Below are positions 13,122-26,787 of a stretch of DNA of 64,000 bases, in pieces. Every line of letters starts with the position of its first letter. The first letter of the stretch is position 1. Source of the stretch: the human T2T-CHM13v2.0 reference genome, Homo sapiens; the NCBI RefSeq assembly GCF_009914755.1, contig NC_060945.1; one strand, given 5' to 3'. Made by a program: the position numbers and the translations under genes. Under the pieces are notes generated by a model. That model did not search any database. It saw only the letters and a program-made list of their open reading frames with translations, and was not told the DNA's origin.

Positions 13122-13224
13122 CTGGCCTGGTCAGCTCACTGAAGAGCTGAAGGAGAAAGCAGGGGTCATAGAGGCCATCAAGATCCACCCTGCTTTTGTC
13201 TTTGAATATCAGCTCCTGTGTGTC
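13122..13224 (-). CDS. URB1: URB1 exon (window exon 27; DTQELIFKDKSRVDLDGLYDPCFLLQLFSELTRP)
   Basis: TTTCAG|GAC acceptor, CAG|GTAAC donor, 103 nt. Confidence 0.93.
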
Positions 13225-13277
13225 CTGAAAGAGCCAAAATCAACAAAAACGTGTGATTCAACCTCACAAAGGTAATA

Positions 13278-13597
13278 CAGGTTGAGTATCTCTTATCTGA
13301 AACACCTGGGATCAGAAATGTTTCAGATTTTGGAATATTTGCATACATAATGAGATATCTTGGGGATGGGAGCCAAGTTTAAACACACAAATCATTTATG
13401 TTTCATATGCACGTAATATACATAGCATGCAGGTAACTTTATACAGGAATTTAAGATAATTTTGTGCATGAAAGAAAGTCTCTGTACACTGACCCTCAGG
13501 AAAGCAAAGGCGTCTCTATCTCATGTTAGTGCTCAAAAAGCTTCAAATTTTGGAACATTTCAGATTTGGGATTTTCAGATTAGAGATTCTCAACCTG
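13278..13597. mobile_element. MER46-like TcMar-Tigger DNA transposon fossil
   Basis: Terminal inverted repeats CAGGTTGAG...CTCAACCTG flanked by TA target-site duplication. Confidence 0.85.
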
Positions 13598-13967
13598 TAT
13601 GGCATAACTGTTTACCCTCTACTGCCAGAGCTCAAATTATTTTGAATATTTAAGGGCATAAAGCAAAGTGCTTGTGTAAAAAGCAGTGCTTGTACATGAA
13701 ATGATAGGATCCTTGGGATGTGCTGCAACATAATCTCCTTGGGGGCAGGGGAACAGAGTGGTATAAACAGAACAAGCGTGGCCAGTGCAGATCATTGTTG
13801 CAGCTGGGCGGTGGGCTTATGAGGGTCTGGTCTCTATACCTTTATATATGATAAGATTCTTACTTAATAAAAAGGTAAATAACAAGAAAAACGAAGCTGA
13901 GGGTGCAGATGGAGCCCCTGAGGCTGGGGTGAAGGGGTGGGTAGGGACAGAACAGCAGCAGCCCAAC

Positions 13968-14139
13968 CTCGGGGGGCAGCAGCCTCCGGTTCTGGGGGAA
14001 GTGCAGGATGGTCTGCATCATCCGGTCCCGGTCCAGCAGGCGAAGGATGTCCCCGACACTCGGCTGCTGCCACAGTGACCTGCCCAGGCTCCGGCACGTC
14101 TTGTGATGCTCCACGGCCGCTGGGCCCCACAGCAGCACC
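13968..14139 (-). CDS. URB1: URB1 exon (window exon 26; (R)VLLWGPAAVEHHKTCRSLG...NRRLLPPE)
   Basis: TCTAG|GGT acceptor, GAG|GTTGG donor, 172 nt. Confidence 0.9.
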
Positions 14140-16898
14140 CTAGAGCCAGAAAAGGGAAAAGAGACTGGTCACAGAGCCCCCCGGGAACAGAATTAATCAT
14201 GATAACAACAACAGGTAGCAGTTGTCAGGCTGCCAGTTCACACCAGGTGCTGTTCTGAGCATGCGACGTGTTATATCACTCAATCCCATCACAGCTTACG
14301 AAGTGGGTGGTGGTGATGGTGAGGCTGAGGGTGGGTGACAGTGTCAGTGATGACGACAGAAGCTGGTGTCTACTCAGCTGGCCCTATTCTAAGCCCTTCA
14401 TGTAGATCAATTCACTCAATCTGCACAACATCTCCATCAGGTGGGTACTATTATTATACCCCTTGTGCAAATGGGGGAAAGAGGTGCGGAGAGGATTAAG
14501 CAAGTTGCTCAGCTGCTCACCTGCTCAGATGGTATGTTGCAGGGCTGGGATTCAGACTCAGGAAGTCTGGCTCCTGAGTCCATGCTAGAACATAGCGGCA
14601 GAATTCTGATCTCTCACTGCTCACATGTGGCCACGAGTGAACCAGGTCTGCCTACACAAGCCTTTCGGCTAAGCCCACCATGTGTGTGCTATGGACAACC
14701 TTCATACCTCAACCGCCACCACAGCTGTCAGAGGCCACCTTGCCTTCCTTCCTCCTAGAAAATGACTCCAGCCTAGCACTTCCCCCAACTCTCCTCCTCC
14801 CTCCCCCATCCACTGCCCTGCTGCTGCCCCGCTGCTGCCAGGCCGCTCCCCAGAGCCCAGCTGTGACGAGGAATGCTTCCCTGCTGTCTCCCAGATGGAA
14901 TGGAAATGCTTCCATCTGGTACTTTCACCCTCCACTGGCAATCCACGTGGCCTTCCCATTGCCTGTTTCCCTGCACACATCCAATGACCCCGATAAGCCG
15001 GGCTACTCACCCTTTCCCCAAATGTCCTGAGTTTCCACTCCTGCATGCTGTTTCCTCCTCCTGCTGCCCCAGGCCCCTCTGCCCACCTCACCTCAATTAA
15101 ATCCCTCTGACTCGCCAAATGCCAACCCTGGCACGAATCGGTCTTGAGCACATAGGGCCTGGCTCTTGGTGCTCCTGTAAGAGCTGGTTTATATCACGGG
15201 GCGTGAGTCAGCTGCCACTTTAAAAATGTCTAAATTTCTCACAGTCTGTTACCCTCAGCAGATGGGAAGACTGTATCTCATTCCCATAGGTTTTCCTGAG
15301 AGCACCAAGCCCAGCGCCTCCAGGCAATCAAGGAACATTATCTATAGAGCTAAATACTTCTAAACAAAATTCTTCTAAATACAGGTTCGCTTCTGTGCAA
15401 GTCGACAACAGTCACTAATGTCAGAAAAGGAAAGAATCATCCTTTCAGGAATGCTCGCTGTTCACCCCAGTTTCTGGCAGGCAGAGAGCCCATGCGCCAG
15501 GCACACCCGGCAGACTGCCCATCACAGACCGGCGGGAGAGCCGCCACGTAGCGTCCAGGATCCCCAGCTCAGCTCCCCGAGCTCAGGCCTGCTCCCTCAT
15601 CTAAGGACGAGATGTTTATTTTGTTTGCGGAAATGCTCTGTGCCCCTTAGAGCCACAGTGCCAGTGAGCGGCACATCCTTGATTCGCTCTTCCCCGGCAG
15701 CTGAAACTAGACTCCCTTCACAGCCAGCCCTGTCCTGTGACTCCCTGGGCAGCCTCGCTTGGCGTTCTCTGCTGTGTTAGAGGTCGTTCTGCAGAAATGG
15801 GTAGCTGGAACAATGCTGCACTGTGATAAAACCCGCCTCCGACTTGCTCTCCCCTCTTCCTCACATAAGAAGGGCTATTCTACTCCAGAAAGGACATAAC
15901 TGACATAGCACCAGCTCCGACGTCAAAAGAGCGAGGCTGCCGCAGGAGAAAGGAAAAGAGCTTCTATGCAAGCCCTGGGCATTCTTAAGAGACAGAAAAA
16001 AATGTTTTCATTTCCTTTTTCTTTCTTTTTTTTGTGGGGTGGGGAGGGTTGGGAGATAGCTTCTGGGCTGATACAGCTCTAATCTTTAAACAAAGTACTT
16101 TGACGTGGAAATTGTTTTCTCCTCCCTGCAAGCTCTCCTGAACAATCTTCCTTGGCCCAGTCAGCCCGCCTCCTGGCTGAACACACACACACACGTACAT
16201 ACTGAGCAGATGTTCCAGTGCTAGTCCCAAATGGCAAGGAGAAAAGAAGACTCTAGGGCAGCAAAGAGGATCCAAAAGTGCATTCTATCAATGGCACATT
16301 TGATCAAGCTCCTGCTTAGGTGCGGCACTTGTAAAGGTGAGGCAGGGCCCACAGGGAAAGGTGTCACACTCAGCCCTGCAGGACCAAAGCCCATCTGACC
16401 AAAAGACTGGGAGCCCAGGAAAGACAGACATGTACACCCACACCCACCTACATACACGCATGCACACACAGACACAAGCATGCATGCACATACAGACAAA
16501 AAAAAAGAGATTTTATGTACAGTTGAGCCCCCTGACACTTCCCCTGAAATCCCTATGGCATAAGTCAATCTACCTAAAGGCATGAGCAGAAAAGTTTTCA
16601 GAAAAATCAACCAAATGAGACACCCCAGTCCAGCTGACAGTGCACAACAGGGGCAATTCCAGACAGACAGGCACCCATCAGTCAGCTGCAGTGGCCCTGC
16701 CCAGATGCCTTATGGCATAAGGCCAAGCTTCCCCAGAGCACCCTATGCAGAAGCCAGTGTGAGTCAGGGGAGTGCTGCCTGCCTCACTCTTTCCCTGAGA
16801 ACCAAAATGGAATGAGAGAAAATCTCGAGTCTGGAGCTCACTGTGTGGAGAGCAGGCTGTGACCTCAAGGCCTAGTCTACCTCTAGCCCAACACTCAC

Positions 16899-16962
16899 CT
16901 GAAGTTGATGAGGCTGAGCTTGTTCTGCTCATACGCTCGAAGCAGAAGTAAAATCTTCTGAT
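16899..16962 (-). CDS. URB1: URB1 exon (window exon 25; DQKILLLLRAYEQNKLSLINF)
   Basis: TTGTAG|ATC acceptor, CAG|GTGAG donor, 64 nt. Confidence 0.92.
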
Positions 16963-17208
16963 CTACAAGTCAAAGCAGGATCGGTTTAGGAAGATGAACC
17001 CCTGACACCCTCCTGCTGCTCCCACCACCTGCCCTCATACCCTCCCTGCTCAAATGGCCCGGTCCTCATATCTTCACCCTGCTTGCACCGCCTGGTCTCA
17101 CTGTCTCCTCCTGCTCACATCCCTCCAGCTCTCATTCCCTATCTCTGCTCACACCCCCGGCCCTCACTCCCTCCCCCTGCTCACACTACCCAGCCCTCAC
17201 ACCCTCAC

Positions 17209-17319
17209 CTAGGACGCTGAGAGTGGCGCCATAGGCCCCGAGAAGCACTGCAAAGTGGCTGCTCTCACAGACAGAGGGGCACATCTCCACCACCGTCAGC
17301 ATCAGGTCCACCAGCGCTT
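17209..17319 (-). CDS. URB1: URB1 exon (window exon 24; EALVDLMLTVVEMCPSVCESSHFAVLLGAYGATLSVL)
   Basis: TTGCAG|AAG acceptor, TAG|GTGAG donor, 111 nt. Confidence 0.93.
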
Positions 17320-17499
17320 CTGCAAGAAAACAACCCTGAAACACATGGCATGGTGGGGCAGACACACTGAATACCAGAAGAGGAGAGAGCCTTCCAGGCA
17401 ACATTGAAATGCTGGAAATCTCCTCCTCTGAATAATACTGGTGTTTGGACTGCCATCTAATCCCTTCCCCGCTTATTTTTTTGTTATTATTATTTTCTT

Positions 17500-17626
17500 T
17501 TCTTTTTTTCTTTTTTTTTTTGAGATGAGGTCGTGCTATGTTGCCCAGGCTGAACTCCTTAGCTCAAGCAATCCTCCTTGGCATCCCAAAGTGCTGGGAT
17601 CAGAGGCATGAGCCACCGCGCCCAGC
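17500..17626 (-). mobile_element. Alu monomer (FLAM-like)
   Basis: Poly-T followed by a reverse left-arm Alu sequence. Confidence 0.8.
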
Positions 17627-18511
17627 CCCCCACGTGTTTTTCAATTAAGACATCTCCACAGTCACCTTTCTTCCTAGGCCTTTGACAAGGCTGAATTCAG
17701 TCCCTGCGCATTCCCCCTCCCAAATGTTAAGCCAATACAGATTTTCAATCCAGGCATGTTTTCCCCATGACTGTGCTACCAAAGCCTCTACTCTGTCTAC
17801 TCTTGCCTGAATTGAATGGCGGAGCCCTTTTAGTTTTTCTACTACCCATACCAGTGATGTGGCTAATGGCTGTCTTCGACTTATTAATAGCAGTTTATTA
17901 CAGTCTGACCCTGTGGTGATTGCTAATACTTCCGGGTGTGAATTTTATCTGTCTAAACAGAGCGTGGCGTCAGGAGGGCAGGAACCCTCGGATTATCTTC
18001 TCTGACATCCGACCTGTGAGCACTAAAGTGAATCCTTACTGAATTAGGGATGGAGCCTAAACTTAGGCTTTTGAAGTTCTTTACCACTGAACTGTCAATG
18101 GGCAAGTTCCAACCGTTTTCCCTTGATAAAAGTTTCAGTCTTCCCAAGCAGAAATTTCATGCAACTAATCAATTTCTCTCAGGTTAGACACCCACACTTT
18201 TTTCCCACGCGTGACTTCCCCTCGATCCCAGATTTTAACATGAGCCCATGATAACGGCACTAAGATCTCAAACACAACTTCTGTAAGCCAGTTAAGGCCT
18301 TGAAAACAGGTTTGTATTTGCTGTTTGACCACAAGTCAGAGGAGACATTTCTTCACCCTGGATTTGACAGAAATAAAACATTCTGACACTGTCTTGGCAA
18401 TGCTTCCTTAGCTCCGAGAGCCGGAGGGAGATGAGCCTCAGTGCAGCCAGTGTAAGGAAATCAGGAGATAAAATCTGGATACGGAATGGAAGGGCTGGGG
18501 TGAGGGGTCAC

Positions 18512-18705
18512 CTTTTACTTGGCTGTCCGGGCTCTCCTCTCCGTCAGACGTCAGTAGAGTCGGCAGAAACAGCGAGTGCTGCATGAGCATCACGTAGACC
18601 ACCGGGAGCTGGATGAGCTTCGTGCGCACGGAGCTTTCTGGGCTGTACAGGAGCTGTACGGCGGTGAGGAGCATCTTTAAAAATGTGTGGTCCTGGTACC
18701 GAAAT
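18512..18705 (-). CDS. URB1: URB1 exon (window exon 23; (K)[21 protein letters not shown]...SPDSQVK)
   Basis: CCTAG|ATT acceptor, AAG|GTGAC donor, 194 nt. Confidence 0.92.
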
Positions 18706-18794
18706 CTAGGCGGCGAGAGTCAAACGGAAAAGAGCTTTGCTAAAAGGAAAATTTATTTTACAGGAAACAATAAAGATTCTTTTTCTCAGTATTT

Positions 18795-19098
<304 letters not shown>

Positions 19099-19146
19099 AT
19101 TTTCTCAGTATTTTATTAAGAAAATGTTCAAACAACACCAAGTTGA

Positions 19147-19595
<449 letters not shown>

Positions 19596-20067
19596 CAGTG
19601 CATTTGTTTTCTTTATGACTCAAACACCAAAAGAACTTCCTGCTTAGTGGAAACGCCAGGAGGCATGAGAACAGCTGCGCCTGAGAAAGAGGCAACTTAG
19701 TGCCTCCCAGGTCACCTTGCCCGGCCTCCCTCCTTCCTCACTCTCCTCTACTCAGAACTTCCATCAAATGGTTCAGAAGCCTTCTATGTCCTAAATCCCT
19801 TCAAAACCCACTAAGGAAAGGAAAGCAACACGCTCTAAAGAAAGTGTTTTTCAGTCCTATACGAATAACTTTAACCTAAGATGGAAAGAAATATCATAAT
19901 TCTGTGATGGTAACCTATAGTTGTCATTAACCTGGCACCCACTCTCACTTCTCTCTCTCCTCTTGTGTGAAATACTTTTCTCTGTTTCAAGTTCATGGGA
20001 TGGTCAGGGAAATGAAAATAACGCATGACTATCTGATTGCCCCAAACTGAAGAGCTGGAATGTATCA

Positions 20068-20437
<370 letters not shown>

Positions 20438-21270
20438 TTGCTCAACAACTTTGGAGAGCAGTTTGAGCATCTAGAACTGAAGATGCACCCACACTAAAAG
20501 CTAGTAAGTCCCCAATCCACCCCAAGAGACATGATAGAGACTGTAAGACTATAATGGGAGAGAATGAGAGAATGAGACAGAGAAAGAGAAAAACAGAGAG
20601 GGAGGGAGAGAGAGATGTGATGTAAAGGGGAGAATAGGGAGAACAGCCTAGACATTTGTCAGTAGAGGACTGGCTAAGTAATCTGGAATATAGTCAAAAG
20701 ACCGAATATTCTACAGCAGTAAAAATGAATGACTTAGATCTACAAGTATCAGTACGGGTAAATTAGAAACATCTCAGTGAACAAAAGGATGTATAAAGAA
20801 TGATACATTAAAAAAAAAAGAATGATACATTAGTGTAAAATGTTAAACATGCTAAATAATACTGTTTAACAACATACTAACACTCAGTGTATGAAAATAC
20901 AAAATAAGATACTGACGAGACAAAGCAGAACCTCAGAAGAGTGTTGACCTTTGGTTACAGAGGGATGAGAAAGAAACAGGACAAACACAGAAAACTGTCA
21001 GCATGTATTAAATGTGGGGGCTACTATTATTCTCTGCACATTTCTGTATTTCTTTAAATAGTTCTTTTAAAAGACTGCTTCTCTCATCATCAGAAGCACC
21101 CTGTGTCAAGAGGCAAATCATTTAACTTCTCCAACTTCTATCTCTAAAAACGAGGTGACATCGGCTCCACCACGTGGATTATGCTAATAACAAGCTATAA
21201 AAGAGGCTTTGCATGCTGAACGACATTCACACCTTTACCGAAGGGCACCAAGAAAATAAAATCAACTTAC

Positions 21271-21329
21271 TTGAGTCCCTTCTTCACGAATTTCTGCCAG
21301 TCACCAGGATCAACTTCATTAAGTGCATG
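21271..21329 (-). CDS. URB1: URB1 exon (window exon 22; HALNEVDPGDWQKFVKKGL)
   Basis: CATAG|CAT acceptor, CAA|GTAAG donor, 59 nt; bridges the phases of its neighbours. Confidence 0.9.
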
Positions 21330-22268
21330 CTATGAATAAAATAAGTAAGAAAAACACATGAAACATCTCAGTCTACAAAACACTAAAAGGCCCCAGCTGC
21401 AGAGCCTTCAGAAAGGCATCTGCCTCCATGGCCTGACTACCTCCTCTGTAAAACCCATGATCAAAGGGTTGAAAAGAGGAGCGCTGGTGTCCCCTTCTGC
21501 TCTGACACTTGTGATTCAACCCAGCAGCTGCTCTGTTCTGGACTCTCTGTGCAATGATTATTTTTTTTTAATAGAATAGGCATACAAATTTATTAATGTG
21601 CGTGGGAAAAATCACTGAGCAGTTACTCTTGTTTGCACAATTCTTGACAAGCATGTGATAGCTCAAACTTACAGGGGCAGAGAGCAGAACCAAGATTAAT
21701 CTTAAAACAAAAACTAAAATGCAGAATATGAAATTACACTTAGAGCACTTAGAGCCATGTAATATGAAATTACACTTAGGGCCATTCAGTAAATATGAAA
21801 CACAGTCATCCAAACAATCCACAAGAGCATGAAGGTTTTGGATTTTTTTTTTAACTTAAAAAAATTGTTTGGTTATTTCTGCTAGTAGCTCTGACATTTT
21901 ATCAGCATAATTGTGTTTATCAAATAGTCAAAGGAAATTTCCTGAGTAGTCCTGTTATTTTTTTCCTTTGTCTATCATTTCAAATAGCACTAATAGATTT
22001 GTAATTAGCCTTTTATTAAATAGCCAATGAAAACTACTAGTGTGACACCTTTACCCAGCCTCCAGGACACAGGGTTGGATGACATGAAGAGGTCTGTGGA
22101 ACTGGATGATCAATGCTGGCTCCAGAGAGACCAGCTACAGGCCGTGTGTGTGCAGGCTGCTGCCTCCCACCAGGCTGGCTGTGCAGTGGAGGCCACAGTT
22201 CCAGAAATCACAAGGAAATCCAAGGAGATCCTGGACCCATCAGCTGAGGTATATCTCACACTCGTGAC

Positions 22269-22584
22269 TTTTTTTTTTCTTTTTTAAAAGAGATTGGGTC
22301 TTGCTAGGTTGCCAAGGCTGGAGTGCAATGGTGCAATGGCTATTCATAGGCGCAATCCCACTACTGATCAGCACAGGAGTTTTGACCTGTTCTGTTTCCA
22401 ACCTAGGCCAGTTCACCTCTCCTTAGGTAACCTGGTGGTCTCCTGCTCCAGGAAGTCACCATACTGATGCCAAACTTAGTGTGGAAACCTGATGGGAATA
22501 GCCCGGAACCTCTGGGCTCAAGCGATCCTCCTGCCTCAGCCTCCAGAGCAGCTGGAATTACAGGCGCGTGCCACCATGCCTGGC
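22269..22584 (-). pseudogene. 7SL (SRP) RNA retropseudogene with A-rich tail
   Basis: Alu-domain ends flank the 7SL-specific S domain (ACCACCAGGTTACCTAAGGAG, CAGGTCAAAACTCCTGTGCTGATCAGTAGTGGGATT); many substitutions; tail at 22269-22285. Confidence 0.93.
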
Positions 22585-22599
22585 TCATCACATTTTTAT

Positions 22600-24220
22600 A
22601 TACATGTTCTCTTTCCCCCAGCATTTCCTGCAACTGGACATAAATGGCCAAGTGTGCAAAAATGGACCATGCAAAGATGTTTATCACAGCATTCTTTATC
22701 ATAATAAAAAACTGGAAAACCACCCACAGCTCCAGTATCATACAACTGCGTGATACATGATGGTACATTTACCCATCTACCACTGACCACTAACAAAGTC
22801 ACAGCAGGTCCGCAGTCATCGGGTGGGGAAAAAAAATCTCTAAATATGGTATTATGCTAAAAACAAACAAAAGACCAGGCTACACACAGCATGCATAATA
22901 TCCTATTAATATATAAAATTATACATAATTTTATCACACACACACAGATATATAACAAGGTTTCTACAGGGAAATTCACCAAACTTATAATGAGATAGAC
23001 TCTGGGTAATGGGAGTTTTTTTTTTGTTTTCTTCTCTATTTTTTGCAGTGTGAATACTTGCAATGAGTATGTCTTTTAGCCCTGTGATCACAAAAACCAG
23101 TAATTCCAAATTTTATGAGTGGTAGAGGAGAGTGGACATCATACAGTAGAATTCTACTCAGCAACAAAAAGTAAGAAACTACTTATTCCCACCACATGGA
23201 TGAATCTGGAAAGCATCACTGAACTTAAAGAAGTGAAACGCATCACAGTTGACACACTATATGATTATACTGCACGGTTCCAAGTATACAAAGGTCTCAA
23301 ACAGGCAAAACAACCTCAGGGTTACAGAAATCAAAAGAGTGGTTGCTTTGGAGGGAAGGGGATTTTGAGAAGATGCACAAGAAACTTTCTGGGATGATGA
23401 AAATCTTCTTGGATAGGAATGTGGGGTACACAGATACATGAAGTACACATATTTCTGTATATTTCAAAATATGTAAACTTACCTCAATTAAAAGAAAAGG
23501 CAGGTAAGGAGGGAGGCAACCCTCTAAAAGAGCCCAGTCTGTCATTCCATCATCAAGCCACCCACTGGATGGAGAGGAATAATGGCCAAATATCTCTAAA
23601 TTTTGTGAAAACTATAAACCTACAGACCACGAAGCTCACTGAACCCAAAGTACAAGAAACTTGAATAAAACTACCCTGAAGTGTATCATTATCAAACTGC
23701 TTTAAACCATGTAAAAAAAAAAAAATCCTAAAATCAGTCAGAGAAAGAAGACACAACACACAGAGAAACAAAGGCAAGAAAGGCAAGTTTCTTACTGGAA
23801 GCAAAGCAGGCCAGAAGACAGAAAAGCAACAAGTTTGAAATACTTAAAGGAGGAAAAAACTATCAACATAGAATTTTATACCCAGTGAAACTTCCCAACT
23901 TGTTTTATAAGGCCAGCATTACTTAATCCTTAAGACCAAAGACATTGCAGGAAAATAAAATTACAAATATCCCTCATGGACACAGATGCAAAAATTCTTA
24001 ATGAAATATTAACAAATCAAACAATATATAAAAATAACACATCAAAATCAAGCAGGCTTATCCCAGGAATGCAAGGTTGGTTTAACATTCAAAAATTTGT
24101 TAATATAATTCATCTTATTGGTAGACTAATCAAAAAACAAGACATTATACAACATCTTGAAATGGAAAAAAGCACTTGACAAAAAGCATTTGACAAAATC
24201 CAAACATCCATTCCTGATAA
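22600..24220 (+). mobile_element. Patchwork of old L1M fragments
   Basis: Motifs gatgcaaaaattcttaatgaaatattaacaaatc, tcccaggaatgcaaggttggtttaacattc, atggatgaatctggaaagcatc. Confidence 0.7.
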
Positions 24221-24401
24221 AAGATGGTTCATCAATTCTGGGGTTATCCAGTATCTGCCACTCTGCCCCAGACACAGCCCCTCTCATTTCCTACAGGGCC
24301 ATATTCATGCCACCTGGCTTGAAATGCATCTATAGCTTGGTTTGTCTAGCATACTCTTTCCCACAGAAATTTAATCTGGATCTCTAAGAAAAGACACTTA
24401 C

Positions 24402-24588
24402 CAACAACGCATTTAATCTAAGCAGCATTTCCTTCTCCTGATTCTGAGTATTATCATCATCTTGCTGTCCACCACTGAAAGACACGATCAGCCACTTCAC
24501 ACAGGACTCCAAAAGGGTCCTTCTCCAGGCACACAGCTCTTCTGCTGACCCTTCCAGAGCTGCTGAAATGGAGTCGGCCACGATCCAC
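24402..24588 (-). CDS. URB1: URB1 exon (window exon 21; (R)WIVADSISAALEG...LRLNALL)
   Basis: TGCAG|GTG acceptor, TTG|GTAAG donor, 187 nt. Confidence 0.92.
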
Positions 24589-24838
24589 CTGCAGCAGGAG
24601 ATGAGAGTCAGAGACAGAGAGCAGGTTTAAATCCTTCTGACTTTACGTATAATCCAGCATCACAAAGAGCCATATGGGATAGATGCTGAGTCCTGCTCCC
24701 CACACTACCCACTCACAGGAATCACAGGCTTCCCTGGACTCTTACTCAAATGCCAAAGATATACCAAAATTTTTACAAGCAAGGGAAATACTATTAGTAC
24801 ACCAGGAAAAGGACACGTATGTCCAGACTTTTTCTAAA

Positions 24839-25002
24839 TCAGGGTTTCTCAACCTCAGTGCTACTGACATTATGGGACAGATAATTCTACCCTTTAGAAG
24901 CCAGAAGCAACACCCTCTCATCCTAGTTGTGACAATAAAAGATGTCAGACATTGTCAATTGTCCCCTGGGAGAAAATCACCCCCAGCTGAGATCCATGGC
25001 TC
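24839..25002. mobile_element. MER20-like hAT-Charlie fossil (internally deleted)
   Basis: cagggtttctcaacctcag...gttgtgacaa...cagctgagatccatgg. Confidence 0.75.
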
Positions 25003-25205
25003 TCAGGGAACCCGACCCAGCCATCTACTTGTGGAGATGTACAAGCTCCAGGCAGGATGGCTGGAAGTAGAGTTCTCATAGGAACTGCCTGATCACAGAT
25101 GGGGCACAACAGTAATGCAGCAGTTTTTCAATGACTTACTCTATGAATTAAAAAAAAAATGACACCGAGAGTGGAACATCCTGCAACCAACCTGAGCCTT
25201 CATAC

Positions 25206-25407
25206 CTCTTGTGACTGCTTGGGGTGTGAAGCAAGCTGGGCAGGCGGTCCATGAGTACACTGAGATCCTTGGCTCGTGCAAACGGGACCAGCTGTGCCAG
25301 GATCTCCTGGTACAGCCCAGATGCTGGGGGACTGTCAGTGCTAAGAAGCCTGCTCTGTAGCTGCCTCCACAGGGTCTTCCTCAAGACAGGAATGACAGCA
25401 GAAGACA
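25206..25407 (-). CDS. URB1: URB1 exon (window exon 20; VSSAVIPVLRKTLWRQLQ...HTPSSHK)
   Basis: CCTAG|TGT acceptor, GAG|GTATG donor, 202 nt. Confidence 0.92.
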
Positions 25408-25760
25408 CTAGGGCAGAGATACAAAGGAGAAGTCATCACACCCAATGGTGGGCTGCAGCCAGCTTGGACCAGCTCCTAGGAACTGGTTGCTATATTTTAG
25501 GTATCCTGTGACCCTGGTGATGCCACACCGGTGGCCTGAAATTGGTCACGGCAGGAGTACTGACACCATGGAAACTGGCACACCTGTCTCCTTCAAGGGT
25601 CCTCCCCTATCTCATCAGTCAACACTCTTGATGGATACTCTTCAACACAGGGGGCCCTGGCTATAGATGCTATTTCTAAGCTCATGATGAGACCATGAGT
25701 GCCAAGGTTCTCAATTCATATGGGATTCATTCTTCAAAGCCATGGAATAGGGAGGGTAGC

Positions 25761-26188
25761 TGCTATGGTTTGGATGTCTGTCCCCTCCAAATCTCATGTT
25801 GAAATGTGATCTCCAGTGTTGGAGGTGGGGTCTAATGGGAGGTGTTTGGGTCATGGAGGCAGGTCCCTCATGAATGGCTTGGTGCAGTCCTTGTGGTAGA
25901 GTGAATGAGTTCTGGCTCACCCTATTAGTTCCCAGAGTGCCAGGTGTTAAAAAGAGCCTGCCACCTCCTGTGCCTCTTGCTTCCCCTCTGGCCGTGTGAT
26001 CTCTGCAGAGCTGGCTCCGCTTTTTCTTCCACCATGAGTGGAAGCAGCCTGAGGCCCTCACAAGAAGCAGACGCTAGCTCCTTGCTTCCTGTACAGCCTG
26101 CAGACGCATGGGCCAAATAAGCCTCTTTTCTTTATAAATCACTCATCCTCAGGTCTTCCGTTATACCAATGTTAAATGGACTATGACT
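25761..26188 (+). mobile_element. MST (MSTB-like) MaLR solo LTR
   Basis: TGCTATGGTTTGGATGTCTGTCCCCTCCAAATCTCATG...AATGGACTATGAC. Confidence 0.88.
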
Positions 26189-26787
26189 AGAAGACTTGCA
26201 GGGCACTGTCTTACTTTTTAAAACCTCTGTCATCAATGATAGGAAGTTATGCAAAACAGAGGCAAAGTGGTGAGTAAAAATCACCCATGCATTCAACAAA
26301 AGGGAATTACATTAAATTTGGGGTAATTGAAAAGTGCCTCAGCTCTGAAACCCAGTGAGTGGAGACAGAAGAGAGAGCTGAACCCAGGCTGCCTCGACTC
26401 AACATCAACTCATCAACATCTCCCCAGAGGGCAGGGAACCCTGGGACATGGGATGGATTGGCACCCAAGAACTCCTTCAACGTAACAGGACAGCCCTAAA
26501 TAACCCCCGCTACTGTACCCAACTCCCGCCAGCTTCATGTGGGGGAACTCAGACCTGATGGGGCACAATGGGCTGTGCCTCAAGCCACAAAGTAGGGAGA
26601 CTGAAGGGAGACAGGGTACTGGGGAGAATTACTCCACCTTTCTCCATCTTCAGAGTTGTGTCAGACACTGGAAACTAACCCACATCCCAGAACCTGAATT
26701 TCTAGGGTTTAAAAATGGCCATGCAGTTCACCTTCTTAGCCCGTGCAACTTAAGACCCCAGCTGCCCAAAGCTAGCCTTTCCCTTAC

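Noticed and set aside
18530-18730. Locally CpG-rich stretch as a possible internal promoter
   Set aside because: Short and coincident with a coding exon, so explained by codon content
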